Source: Pseudomonadota bacterium
GTDB lineage: Bacteria > Pseudomonadota > Alphaproteobacteria > GCA-2731375
NCBI GenBank assembly: GCA_027623205.1
Contig: JAQBYC010000006.1
Location: 3,556 to 67,555 of the forward strand
Length of the DNA stretch: 64,000 bases
Direction: 5' to 3'
The translations under genes and the position numbers were made by a program. The notes beneath the pieces were generated by a model. It was given only the letters and a program-made list of their open reading frames with translations. It ran no database searches and had not been told where the DNA came from. Within the stretch, counting starts at the first letter, position 1. Each line of letters begins with the position of its first letter. Of this stretch, positions 20,025-29,047 are shown one piece after another.

Positions 20025-21296
20025 TCACGGCAGCCCCCGGCCCTTGCCAATGGCGTCAGCGCCGAAACGATCACGCACCCTATCCAGGGCCCGTTCCGCA
20101 TCGGCTCGGCGTACGGCGCTGGGTTCGGCCAGATCAAAGGGATCCGCGTCGGCGCCGTCGACTAGGCCAGTCAAACCAACGCCCAATAGGCGATAGGCGA
20201 TGACCCTAGTATTTTTGCTGATTTCCTTGGCCAGTAATTCCACCCCATGGCGGTAGATGGTGTCGGCCAATTGGGTGGGATCAGGCAAACGGCGACTGCG
20301 GGTTAAAATCCGGAAATCGGTACGCCGCAATTTCAGTGTCACAGTTGTGCCTGCGAGCTCAGCGCTTTTGATCCGGCGGGCAACCCGTTCCGCCTGACGC
20401 CAGAGTATTTTCTTCAGTTCTTCGCCATCGGAGATATCATGGTGGAACGTGGTTTCCGAGGAAATACTTTTGGTCGGCCGATTGGCGCTGATCCGGCGCG
20501 GGTCTTCACCACGCACGAACTGGGCCATACGTAGTCCCATGGCGCCATAACGGGCGATCAACCTGGTTTCCTCCATGGCCTGCAATTGCGCCACGGTGGT
20601 AATGCCGTCCTTGGCCAGACGTTTCTGTAGCGCCTTCCCGGCACCCCAGATCACCGCCACCGGTTGCCCGGCCAGAAAATCCACCGCCGCGGCCCGACCG
20701 ATCACGGCAAATCCCTTGGGCTTGTCCAGATCGGAGGCGACCTTGGCAAGGGATTTGTTATAGGACAGTCCGATGGAGGCGGTGACGCCTACTTCCGCCT
20801 CGATTCTTTTGACGATCGTGGCGGCCGTGGCGGCCGGGGACCGGCCATGTAGCCGTTCGGTTCCCGTCAGGTCCATAAACGCCTCATCCAGAGACAACGG
20901 CTCCACCAATGGCGTGTAGTCTTTCATGATGGCCCTGATCTGACGCCCCACGGCAGCATATTTTTGCATATCAGGGCGGATCACCACCGCCTGCGGACAA
21001 GCCTTGAGCGCCTCGAACATGGGCATGGCGGAGCGGACACCGTAGGTGCGGGCGGTGTAACAGGCAGCACTGACGACGCCACGATGGCCACCACCGACGA
21101 CGACCGGCTTGTCGGCGAGTGATGGATCGTCGCGCTTTTCAACGCTTGCATAAAAGGCATCGCAATCCAGATGGGCGATACCCAATAGCAATAATTCTGG
21201 GTGGCGCACCACCCGCGGCGAGCCGCACTCGCGGCAGCGCGTAGGCATCTGTTCACCCGGCGCTACGACAAGACAGTCGCGGCACATCGCCGTCAT
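20025..21296 (-). CDS. dinB: DNA polymerase IV (Y-family) with an N-terminal CxxC...CxxC extension.
   Basis: Carries the DCDAFYASVE motif. It overlaps the upstream ROK gene by 4 nt. Confidence 0.85.
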   Translation of the reverse strand: MTAMCRDCLVVAPGEQMPTRCRECGSPRVVRHPELLLLGIAHLDCDAFYASVEKRDDPSLADKPVVVGGGHRGVVSAACYTARTYGVRSAMPMFEALKACPQAVVIRPDMQKYAAVGRQIRAIMKDYTPLVEPLSLDEAFMDLTGTERLHGRSPAATAATIVKRIEAEVGVTASIGLSYNKSLAKVASDLDKPKGFAVIGRAAAVDFLAGQPVAVIWGAGKALQKRLAKDGITTVAQLQAMEETRLIARYGAMGLRMAQFVRGEDPRRISANRPTKSISSETTFHHDISDGEELKKILWRQAERVARRIKSAELAGTTVTLKLRRTDFRILTRSRRLPDPTQLADTIYRHGVELLAKEISKNTRVIAYRLLGVGLTGLVDGADADPFDLAEPSAVRRADAERALDRVRDRFGADAIGKGRGLP

Positions 21297-22210
21297 GACG
21301 ATCCATCACAACCTAAGGGCCAAAGCCAGGCCGCACCGCGCACGCCAGAGGAATCACCATGTTCGGCTGGCAACAATCTGGTTGAAAGCCGGTCAGAGAA
21401 GGCGAATTCCCCCCACAATGCAGGTACGCGATCATACAGCCTGGAGATGTTCGACAGACCACCCCCCAGCACAATCACCGCTGGGTCCAGGATCGAGATC
21501 ACCATGCCCAGGGACTTAGCCATTCGCCGCTCGTAACGCGCCATGCATGCCTCCGCCGCCGCATCGCCTTGCGCCGCCAGGGCGGCGATTTCATGGGCGT
21601 TCAGCGCCCCACCCGTCGCCATCTCATAGCCGAGGCTCAATCCCGGGCCTGACAGAAACGTCTCAATACAGCCTCGCTTGCCACAATAGCAGGGTGGGCC
21701 CGGCCGTTCATCATCTTCGGGCCAAGGAAGCGGCACATGGCCCCACTCTCCGGCAATCAGATTGGGGCCTTCATGTAGACGCCCGCCCAGAACAATGCCG
21801 GCGCCGGTCCCAGTGCCGACAATGACGCCGAACACACTGTCAGCTCCCCTGGCGGCGCCGTCACTGGCTTCCGAGAGGGAAAAACAATTTGCATCGTTGG
21901 CCATGCGCACCGGACATCCCAAGGCGGCGGCCAGATCAACATCGAATGGCTTGCCAATCAGACAGGTGGAATTGGCGTTCTTAATCAGGCCGGTCGCCGG
22001 CGATACCGCCCCCGGAATAGCGACACCAACCGGCGTCCCGGCAGCGCCCAGTCCATCCGCGACCGCCGCAACCAAATCCCGGAGGGCCAAAACGATGGCC
22101 TGATAGTCATCCTGGGGGGTCGGCACGCGAAGCCGACGCAATTCGACTCCGTCGTCGGCCAGGGCCAAAGCCTCGATCTTGGTTCCACCCAGATCAACGC
22201 CGATCCGCAT
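21293..22210 (-). CDS. ROK-family sugar kinase or regulator-like protein, resembling glucokinase or N-acetylglucosamine kinase.
   Basis: GVDLGGTK ATP motif and CYCGKRGCIE zinc motif. The start was set at MRIGVDLGG, which has an AGGAGA ribosome-binding site. Confidence 0.75.
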   Translation of the reverse strand: MRIGVDLGGTKIEALALADDGVELRRLRVPTPQDDYQAIVLALRDLVAAVADGLGAAGTPVGVAIPGAVSPATGLIKNANSTCLIGKPFDVDLAAALGCPVRMANDANCFSLSEASDGAARGADSVFGVIVGTGTGAGIVLGGRLHEGPNLIAGEWGHVPLPWPEDDERPGPPCYCGKRGCIETFLSGPGLSLGYEMATGGALNAHEIAALAAQGDAAAEACMARYERRMAKSLGMVISILDPAVIVLGGGLSNISRLYDRVPALWGEFAFSDRLSTRLLPAEHGDSSGVRGAAWLWPLGCDGSS

Positions 22211-22261
22211 GGGCTCGTATCTCCTGTCAATATTTTTGCGGCGCCAGAGCACATTTGAGCC

Positions 22262-22340
22262 GAACGTGCTCAGAATCTTTAGAATAGCGAAATTGAACCA
22301 ATTACTTAAGTCGCATTCGCAACTCCAATGATTTGAAGTT
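22262..22340 (+). repeat. Copy 3 of the structured intergenic repeat; its 5' hairpin is degenerate.
   Basis: Sequence aacgtgctcagaatctttagaatagcgaaattgaaccaattacttaagtcgcattcgcaactccaatgatttgaagttcgttc. Its terminus overlaps the stop codon of the HAD-like gene. Confidence 0.75.
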
Positions 22341-22344
22341 CGTT

Positions 22345-23031
22345 CTAGTAGCCCTGCGCGCTCAACCGCGCTTCGATGAAGCGACGGACACCGGGCCAGT
22401 CATCTATGCGGGCATCCGCATCCTCGGCAGCCCCCAGTAAATTGCGCAGCCGGTGATCGGCGATAAAATGCAACCGTGTAACCGCCGCCGCCGCCCGCGC
22501 CACCGAGGCAATATTATGAGGAATATCGTCGAGAAAAAACACCGGCGCCTTCTGCCTGGCAAACAAATAGGCCATGGCACCACCCTTCCTGCCAATATTC
22601 GCCACCAGGGGATAGTCCATGCCGTGTTTCACCAGAGCCCGGCGCCGAGCCGCCCGTCGATCCAGGGGCACATTCGACAGCACAAGGATTTGCGCCCGCT
22701 TGGACAAAACAGCCAGGGCATCGGCCGCGCCGTCGACCGGTTCGATCTGTTCCGTACGTTGGTCAAAAAACGCGCCGATCAACGCCTTCACCATTTCGCC
22801 GGAGACCGGTTCCCCGGTTTCGCTATCGCGGACGTTACCGGTAAGGGCAAAGGACTGCAGATCAAGAAAATGGCCGTTATCAGCCAGGAACCCCTCCAAA
22901 CTGCGCACAAAGGCAAAGATCACCTCGTCAGCATCGCTGACAATCAGCGGGCGTTCGGGTGTTAAGTGTAACGCCTCCAATTGGCTTAGGACGTCTTCGT
23001 GTAATCTATCGTCTTCCAACTTCAACTCCAT
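22345..23031 (-). CDS. HAD-superfamily hydrolase-like protein.
   Basis: 228 aa with a motif-I-like segment IVSDADEVIF. Confidence 0.45.
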   Translation of the reverse strand: MELKLEDDRLHEDVLSQLEALHLTPERPLIVSDADEVIFAFVRSLEGFLADNGHFLDLQSFALTGNVRDSETGEPVSGEMVKALIGAFFDQRTEQIEPVDGAADALAVLSKRAQILVLSNVPLDRRAARRRALVKHGMDYPLVANIGRKGGAMAYLFARQKAPVFFLDDIPHNIASVARAAAAVTRLHFIADHRLRNLLGAAEDADARIDDWPGVRRFIEARLSAQGY

Positions 23032-23300
23032 TCCTCGCCATCGCCGCCGGACAGACGGCGCCGTGCCCGGGCGGGCATTTCACCCGACATATCCATCGCT
23101 TGGCACATTTCCAGAAGCTGCGCCTCGTTACCAAGGAAAAAATCCAACACCCCGGCCAGCATAGCCGGATCATCCGCGCGTAGACGCAAATCCGAGGCGT
23201 CGACCCCGCTTAGATCGAAGAATCGCTGCAATGCCGACGGGTTCCCAACCAGATAAGTCAAAGCTTGCAAAGCTATTATTTTTGCCTGCTCTTCATTCAT
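23022..23300 (-). CDS. Small conserved alphaproteobacterial protein, DUF3572-like.
   Basis: 92 aa. Its position directly upstream of and divergent from divK follows rhizobial synteny as I recall it. Confidence 0.45.
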   Translation of the reverse strand: MNEEQAKIIALQALTYLVGNPSALQRFFDLSGVDASDLRLRADDPAMLAGVLDFFLGNEAQLLEMCQAMDMSGEMPARARRRLSGGDGEEWS

Positions 23301-23445
23301 GATAGGCTCCCCTTATAGGCATCGACAGAGCACGAACATTATTGTTTTGTTAATATTGATTTGAGATCGCTATACCAGATATTAACAATAGCCCTTGATA
23401 ATTCGGCTTAACGCGCCGTTATGGTGACCCGGGGATTTGGTTGCA

Positions 23446-23811
23446 ATGTCTAAAACAGTACTGATTGTCGAAGACAATGAGCTTAACATGAAGCTTTTTC
23501 ATGACCTTCTGGATGCTCATGGTTACAACACCCTGCAGACGAAGGATGGCATGGAAGCGTTGGCGATTGCGCGTGAAAAGCGCCCAGATCTGATCCTGAT
23601 GGACATCCAGTTGCCGGAAGTTTCCGGTCTTGAGGTGACAAAATGGATCAAGGAAGACGATGATTTGAAATCAATTCCTGTGATTGCCGTTACCGCTTTC
23701 GCCATGAAGGGGGATGAGGAAAAAATCCGCGTCGGCGGCTGCGAGGCCTATATCGCCAAGCCGATTTCGGTGCAGTTGTTTCTAGACACCGTCAAAAAAT
23801 TCCTCGAGTAA
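23446..23811 (+). CDS. divK: Single-domain response regulator DivK.
   Basis: Close match to my recollection of Caulobacter DivK: [17 protein letters not shown]...[25 protein letters not shown]...GGCEAYI.KPIS. A GGGGA ribosome-binding site precedes the ATG. Confidence 0.85.
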   Translation: MSKTVLIVEDNELNMKLFHDLLDAHGYNTLQTKDGMEALAIAREKRPDLILMDIQLPEVSGLEVTKWIKEDDDLKSIPVIAVTAFAMKGDEEKIRVGGCEAYIAKPISVQLFLDTVKKFLE

Positions 23812-23827
23812 GGAGTAAGGTTGAGAA

Positions 23828-25231
23828 ATGACCGCACGTATCCTAGTCGTCGATGACGTTCTGCCGAACGTCAAACTTCTGGAAGCAAAACTTTCCAGAG
23901 AATATTACGATGTTCTAACGGCCATGAATGGCCCTGACGCTCTGGAGATTATTGAGCGCGAAGTACCCGATATAGTCTTGCTGGACGTGATGATGCCCGG
24001 CATGGACGGCTTTGAGGTATGTGCAAAGATCAAGGCCAACCCCAATCTTATGCACATTCCGGTTGTCATGGTCACGGCGCTCTCCGATACCTCGGATCGG
24101 GTGCGAGGGCTGGAAGCCGGTGCCGACGACTTCCTGACCAAACCCGTGAATGATATCGCCCTGTTCGCGCGGGTCCGGTCGCTGATCCGCCTAAAGATCA
24201 TGATGGACGAATTGCGCCTGCGGGAAGCCACATCGAACAATTTTGGTGTGGCCAACACCGAACCCTTGGAGCTTGATATTAGCGGCAGCCGCGTACTGGT
24301 TGTCGAGGATCGGGAAATCTATGCCCGCAACATCAATCAGGCCCTGGCTAGCCAGTATGTGGTATCGATGGCCGGCACGGCGGATGCTGCCATGGCGGCG
24401 GCACAGGCCGGTAATGTGGATTTGATCATTGTCTCGTTATCCCTGCAGGGTACCGACGGTTTGCGGTTGTGTTCGCATCTTCGGTCCATGGAGGAAAGCC
24501 GGCAAATCCCTATTCTGATCCTCGTCGACGATACGCCCGATCAGATGGAGCGGTTGGTTAGGGGCCTCGACCTCGGGGTCAATGACTATTTGATTCGTCC
24601 CGTGGATCAGAACGAATTGATGGCCCGAAGTCAGACCCAGTTGCGGCGCAAGAAATACGAAGATCATCTGCGCGATAATTATCACATGAGCATGACCCTG
24701 GCCGTCACCGACCCGTTGACCGGCTTGTATAATCGCCGCTATCTGGAATCCCATCTCGAGAACCTAATGTTACGGGCGGCACAGGACAACAAACCAATTA
24801 GCCTTTTGGCCTTGGATATTGATCATTTCAAATTGGTCAACGATACCCACGGTCATGCCGCCGGTGACGAAGTATTAAAGGAGTTCGTGGCCCGGATAAA
24901 ACGCTGTGTCCGCGCCATAGATTTGGCGGCCCGCATTGGCGGCGAAGAATTCGTGGTGATCATGCCCGATACCCCGCGCGAGACCGGCATGACCGTGGCG
25001 GAACGCCTGCGCCATTCCGTCGCGGAAGCCCTTTTTGCCATACCTAGCCTTGATCTGGAAATTCCAATTACTGTCAGCATCGGCGTCTCCATGTCCCAGG
25101 GCGCCTCGGATAGTCCGGCTGCTGTTCTGCAGCGTGGCGATGAAGCGCTTTATGTGGCCAAGAACGCCGGCCGCAATATGGTCGTTAGCGATGAACAGGA
25201 TGGACCGAAAGCGACGGCGCAGGTTTCCTGA
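23828..25231 (+). CDS. pleD: Response regulator diguanylate cyclase PleD, with REC-REC-GGDEF architecture.
   Basis: Two receiver domains and a GGDEF domain with the active site RIGGEEF. The N-terminus MTARILVVDDVLPNVKLLEAKL closely resembles my recollection of PleD. It lies immediately downstream of divK. Confidence 0.85.
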   Translation: MTARILVVDDVLPNVKLLEAKLSREYYDVLTAMNGPDALEIIEREVPDIVLLDVMMPGMDGFEVCAKIKANPNLMHIPVVMVTALSDTSDRVRGLEAGADDFLTKPVNDIALFARVRSLIRLKIMMDELRLREATSNNFGVANTEPLELDISGSRVLVVEDREIYARNINQALASQYVVSMAGTADAAMAAAQAGNVDLIIVSLSLQGTDGLRLCSHLRSMEESRQIPILILVDDTPDQMERLVRGLDLGVNDYLIRPVDQNELMARSQTQLRRKKYEDHLRDNYHMSMTLAVTDPLTGLYNRRYLESHLENLMLRAAQDNKPISLLALDIDHFKLVNDTHGHAAGDEVLKEFVARIKRCVRAIDLAARIGGEEFVVIMPDTPRETGMTVAERLRHSVAEALFAIPSLDLEIPITVSIGVSMSQGASDSPAAVLQRGDEALYVAKNAGRNMVVSDEQDGPKATAQVS

Positions 25232-25374
25232 ATTAGGCCCCAGTCAAGATACGGTCAGGACTCCACGCGCACGAATACCAACGGCGGCGGAGTAGTGCAA
25301 CACCCAGAAGCGAACGTTCGCTGAAACCTTGCAACATCCCTGGGAGACGCAAAGGCAGACGCAAAATCAATTAT

Positions 25375-25542
25375 CTATTTGATCTTGCCTTCCTTGAATT
25401 CCACATGCTTGCGAACCACGGGATCGTACTTCTTGACCACCATCTTTTCCGTCTGAGTACGCGGATTTTTCTTGGTCACGTAGTAGTAACCCGTGTCGGC
25501 GCTGCTCACCAGCTTGATCTTAACGGTCGACGGTTTAGCCAT
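25375..25542 (-). CDS. rpmG: 50S ribosomal protein L33.
   Basis: 55 aa: [28 protein letters not shown]... Confidence 0.85.
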   Translation of the reverse strand: MAKPSTVKIKLVSSADTGYYYVTKKNPRTQTEKMVVKKYDPVVRKHVEFKEGKIK

Positions 25543-25638
25543 CACCAGAACTCCAATTTCCCAGGCGCCACCGCGCCAACTCCTGAAAGCGGAACATAAT
25601 GCTCCGGGCGGAACTGTCAAGCCCGGAGCGCCTTCCCA

Positions 25639-26301
25639 TCAGGCTTCGTAGCGGATCACCGCCCGACCGCTGCGATAACTGAACAAAGGCACCCCAGGCG
25701 GCCGCCATCCAGTCTGACGGCGCTGGATTTCCTGCAGCACGAACTCGGTCACGTCGACCAGGGGCATGGCCAGGGCATCAGACAGGGAAAACCATTGCAA
25801 CGCCTGCAGTTCATCGCTGTCGCGGACCCGGCCGCTGGTATGTTCGGCATCGATGGCAAAGAACCGGGCATGAAATCGCATGGGGTTGTCGGGCGGCGTA
25901 ATCGCGCGCGCCACATAATCCAGGCCCGCGAGATTGGGCGCGACGCCATTGCGCCGCCGCTCGCCTATCACCAGACCGGTTTCTTCAAAAGTTTCCCGTA
26001 CCGCCGCCACAGCCAGGGCACGCGACATTTCGGGCGACCATTTATTGTGCAACTTGCGCGCCACTGGCCTTGACAACTCCGCCGCCACCGATACCCGCCG
26101 GTCCGCCGCATCCACCCGGCCGCCAGGAAAGACAAAAACGTTCGGCATAAAGCGGTGGCGCGAGGCGCGCCGGCCCAAAAGCACTTCCGTCATGTCCCTG
26201 CGCTGCCGCAAGATCACCAGGCTGGCGGCATCGCGGGGCCGCACGGGATTTTCCGGGCGGACATAGGGCTGGCGATCGTCGGGCAGCTGACGCCCGCTCA
26301 T
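25639..26301 (-). CDS. NUDIX hydrolase.
   Basis: Nudix box AVRETFEETGLVI. Confidence 0.75.
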   Translation of the reverse strand: MSGRQLPDDRQPYVRPENPVRPRDAASLVILRQRRDMTEVLLGRRASRHRFMPNVFVFPGGRVDAADRRVSVAAELSRPVARKLHNKWSPEMSRALAVAAVRETFEETGLVIGERRRNGVAPNLAGLDYVARAITPPDNPMRFHARFFAIDAEHTSGRVRDSDELQALQWFSLSDALAMPLVDVTEFVLQEIQRRQTGWRPPGVPLFSYRSGRAVIRYEA

Positions 26302-26999
26302 TCGTATTCCAACCGGCGCCGACCATGACGCATAATGCGTACGGGCACCCGGCGCAACTGCCGCACCCGGCCCTCTTGATCGACCAAACCGGGCAACGCT
26401 TCAAGCACGATTTGCTGGATCGGCGGGGTCGGCAGCTCAATCGCCTCGGGGAGCGGGACCCAAGCCAGATTCAGCAATTCACCGTCACCCTGCAGCTTGC
26501 CATCCAAATTCGTCCCATCCGCCAAGAAAAAACGGGCGTTGAAACGAATGGACCGAAACGGCGGCGTCACAGCGCGGTAGACATATTCCAAGGTATCCAG
26601 AGCCGGGGCGAAGCCCGCCTGATAAAAGGGCGCCCAGGACGGCGCTATCCTTTCAGGCAGCTTTTCCAAGGGCCGGCCCAAGATCAGGCCTGTCTCCTCG
26701 AACGTCTCGCGCACCGCCGCCATCGCGAGTGCCCGGGCGCGATGAGCAGAAGTCGTATTGACCAGACGCCGGTTGACGTGGGGGCGCAGCTCTGACGCCG
26801 CCATGGCGTAGCCGTCCGCACGGTCGACCCGTCCGCCGGGAAAAACCCATTGGTCGGGCATGAATTTATGCTTTCCATGGCGCAGCCCCATGAGGACTGT
26901 GGTTTTACCCCGGACTTGGCGCAAAAGAACCAGCGTGGCAGCATCGCGCGGCCGAACAGCGCGTTTGGCGGGAGTTTCTTTTTTGGACATATCACTCAA
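26298..26999 (-). CDS. NUDIX hydrolase, a tandem paralog of the downstream gene.
   Basis: Nudix box AVRETFEETGLIL. It overlaps the downstream gene by 4 nt. Confidence 0.75.
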   Translation of the reverse strand: MSDMSKKETPAKRAVRPRDAATLVLLRQVRGKTTVLMGLRHGKHKFMPDQWVFPGGRVDRADGYAMAASELRPHVNRRLVNTTSAHRARALAMAAVRETFEETGLILGRPLEKLPERIAPSWAPFYQAGFAPALDTLEYVYRAVTPPFRSIRFNARFFLADGTNLDGKLQGDGELLNLAWVPLPEAIELPTPPIQQIVLEALPGLVDQEGRVRQLRRVPVRIMRHGRRRLEYE

Positions 27000-27117
27000 A
27001 TAGAAAGATTACGCAGCAGACATTTGGAATAGGCAAAATCGCATGACGATGCCCCCGCTGTCCACCCCCCGGCGCGCAATTGACCGCGCGGCGCCCGGTT
27101 GAATGCTGAAAGCCCAC

Positions 27118-27462
27118 CTAGTAACGAGGCATCTCCGGTTCGATCTCATGGGCCCAGGCATCGATACCGCCAGCCAGATTGAAGACGTTTGGGAAGCCAT
27201 TGCCGCGGAGAAAATCCGCGACCATGCCACTACGGGTGCCATGGTGGCAAAGAATAACCAACGGGTGTTCCCGCGGCAGGTCGGCAACATGCCGCGGTAT
27301 CTGTTGCATGGGAATAAACCGGCTATTGGCAATGGCACAGACCGCGACTTCATCGGGTTCCCGCACATCAAGCAATGTGTGGACCTGCCCTCCGGCGCGA
27401 AGACCGGCCAAGTCATGAACGTCGATATCCGGTCCCCAATCCTGTGTGGCGCTCCGCACCAT
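27118..27462 (-). CDS. Single-domain rhodanese-like sulfurtransferase.
   Basis: Active-site loop CHHGTRS. The start was set at MVRSATQDW, which has a GGAGG ribosome-binding site. Confidence 0.75.
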   Translation of the reverse strand: MVRSATQDWGPDIDVHDLAGLRAGGQVHTLLDVREPDEVAVCAIANSRFIPMQQIPRHVADLPREHPLVILCHHGTRSGMVADFLRGNGFPNVFNLAGGIDAWAHEIEPEMPRY

Positions 27463-27519
27463 AAATACCTCCAATCCCCTATCTTGTACATTTAGTAGCG
27501 AAACGCTATTATATATACC

Positions 27520-28146
27520 ATGGTTTCGCAAACTGAAATTGGCCCCGAAATGCTCGTCGAAATGCTGCTCCATCTGGGCCGCCTAGCCTATGGGGAGGGC
27601 AAGACCACATCGCCTTCGAGCACACTCTCCACGGCGCAATGGACGGCGTTACGCTACCTGCACAAGGCCAATGGATTTTCACGTACGCCATCCGCCTTTG
27701 CTAAATTCCACGGCACCACGCGGGGTACGGCGTCCCAAACTATTCGCAGTCTGGTCAAACAGGGTTTTCTGACTCAATCCCGCGCTGCGGGCGATGGGCG
27801 CGGCAGGCAACTGGATCTGACCGAAAAGGCGAAGGCAATGCGCCTGTGCGATCCGTTCGAGGCGGTGGTCCGGGCGGCAGGCGATTTGCCGCCCGCGGCC
27901 CGACGCCAGTTTGGTAACTCCTTGACGCAAGTACTGAACTGCGTGGCACGGGAAAAAGGCGCCCGGCCATTTGGCACCTGCACCTCGTGTGCGTACCTGG
28001 AATGCGGCGATTTTGACCCCAAGGCTCACAAAACTTACGCCTGCCGCATCACGAAAAATTTGTTGGATACTGAGGATCTGGAACAGCTGTGCGTAAATTT
28101 CCAACGGGCTGAACCTTCGGCCGCCGCCAGGGCGGCGACGCAATGA
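27520..28146 (+). CDS. MarR-family transcriptional regulator with an extra Cys-rich C-terminal region.
   Basis: A wHTH-like N-terminal half is followed by a C-terminal CTSCAYLECGDF...YACRI...QLCVNFQ segment. Confidence 0.55.
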   Translation: MVSQTEIGPEMLVEMLLHLGRLAYGEGKTTSPSSTLSTAQWTALRYLHKANGFSRTPSAFAKFHGTTRGTASQTIRSLVKQGFLTQSRAAGDGRGRQLDLTEKAKAMRLCDPFEAVVRAAGDLPPAARRQFGNSLTQVLNCVAREKGARPFGTCTSCAYLECGDFDPKAHKTYACRITKNLLDTEDLEQLCVNFQRAEPSAAARAATQ

Positions 28147-28185
28147 ATACTTGCTTAATTGGCACCACGACAAAGGATCATTTTT

Positions 28186-29034
28186 ATGTTCATACAGACT
28201 GAACTCACGCCGAACCCGGCGCAGATGAAGTTTCTACCGGGCCAGACGGTGCTGCCCTCGGGCACGGCACATTTTCCGCATGCGGGTGCGTCTGAACGCT
28301 CGCCCCTGGCACAGCGGTTGTTCGCGGTCGAAGGCGTGACCGGCGTTTTTCTGGACCGGGATTCAATTGTTGTTTCGAAATCTGACGACTCGGACTGGCT
28401 TACTCTGAAAACCTTTACCCTGGCGGCCATCATGAACCATTTCACCGCCGGCGAAGCGGTGATCCTTGATGACAAGGCGGCTGCCCTGTCGGAGGAGGAT
28501 TTGACCGATCCCGATGCCGATCCCGAAACCATCGCCAATATTAAGGATTTGCTGGTGAGCCACGTCGCACCGGCCCTGGCTGACGGTGATGGCGAGGCAA
28601 TTTATCGCGGCTTTAAGAATGGCATGGCGATTTTGGAACTACTGGGTTCCGCGGGAAATTTACGGCTGAATATTGAACAGATGCTGCGCCATTATTTGCC
28701 CGAGATAGAGGGCGTCGTGGACTTTGCCGACATGATGCCCAAACCGGGCCTGGAAACCGAGGAAGGCAAGGCAATCCGCCGGCTTCTAGACGAGCACATC
28801 AACCCCCAGGTCGCCGGTCACGGCGGCCACATCGCGCTTGTCGATGTGGTGGGCGATACGGTGTACGTGCGTCTGGAAGGGGGCTGCCAGGGCTGCGGCA
28901 TGGCGGATGTTACCCTAAAGCAGGGCGTCGCCAACGAAATCCGAGACCTGGTCCCCAGTATTGCGCACGTCCTGGACGTTACCGATCATGCGGGCGGCGC
29001 CAATCCCTACTATCAGCAAGGCAAAGGCGGTTAA
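28186..29034 (+). CDS. Nfu/NifU-family Fe-S cluster assembly protein, with an Nfu N-terminal domain and a NifU C-terminal domain.
   Basis: C-terminal CQGCGMADVTLK CxxC motif. An AAGGA ribosome-binding site precedes the ATG at 28186. Confidence 0.75.
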   Translation: MFIQTELTPNPAQMKFLPGQTVLPSGTAHFPHAGASERSPLAQRLFAVEGVTGVFLDRDSIVVSKSDDSDWLTLKTFTLAAIMNHFTAGEAVILDDKAAALSEEDLTDPDADPETIANIKDLLVSHVAPALADGDGEAIYRGFKNGMAILELLGSAGNLRLNIEQMLRHYLPEIEGVVDFADMMPKPGLETEEGKAIRRLLDEHINPQVAGHGGHIALVDVVGDTVYVRLEGGCQGCGMADVTLKQGVANEIRDLVPSIAHVLDVTDHAGGANPYYQQGKGG

Positions 29035-29047
29035 GAGGAAGCGCTGA

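Noticed and set aside
22211-22252. The longer ROK start at 22252 (MLWRRKNIDRRYEP...).
   Set aside because: That start would place the 5' end inside repeat copy 3. The downstream ATG at 22210 has an AGGAGA ribosome-binding site and gives the canonical MRIGVDLGG N-terminus.
23437-23445. The TTG start giving MVAMSK for divK.
   Set aside because: The ATG at 23446 ([10 protein letters not shown]) has a properly spaced GGGGA ribosome-binding site and matches my recollection of the DivK N-terminus.
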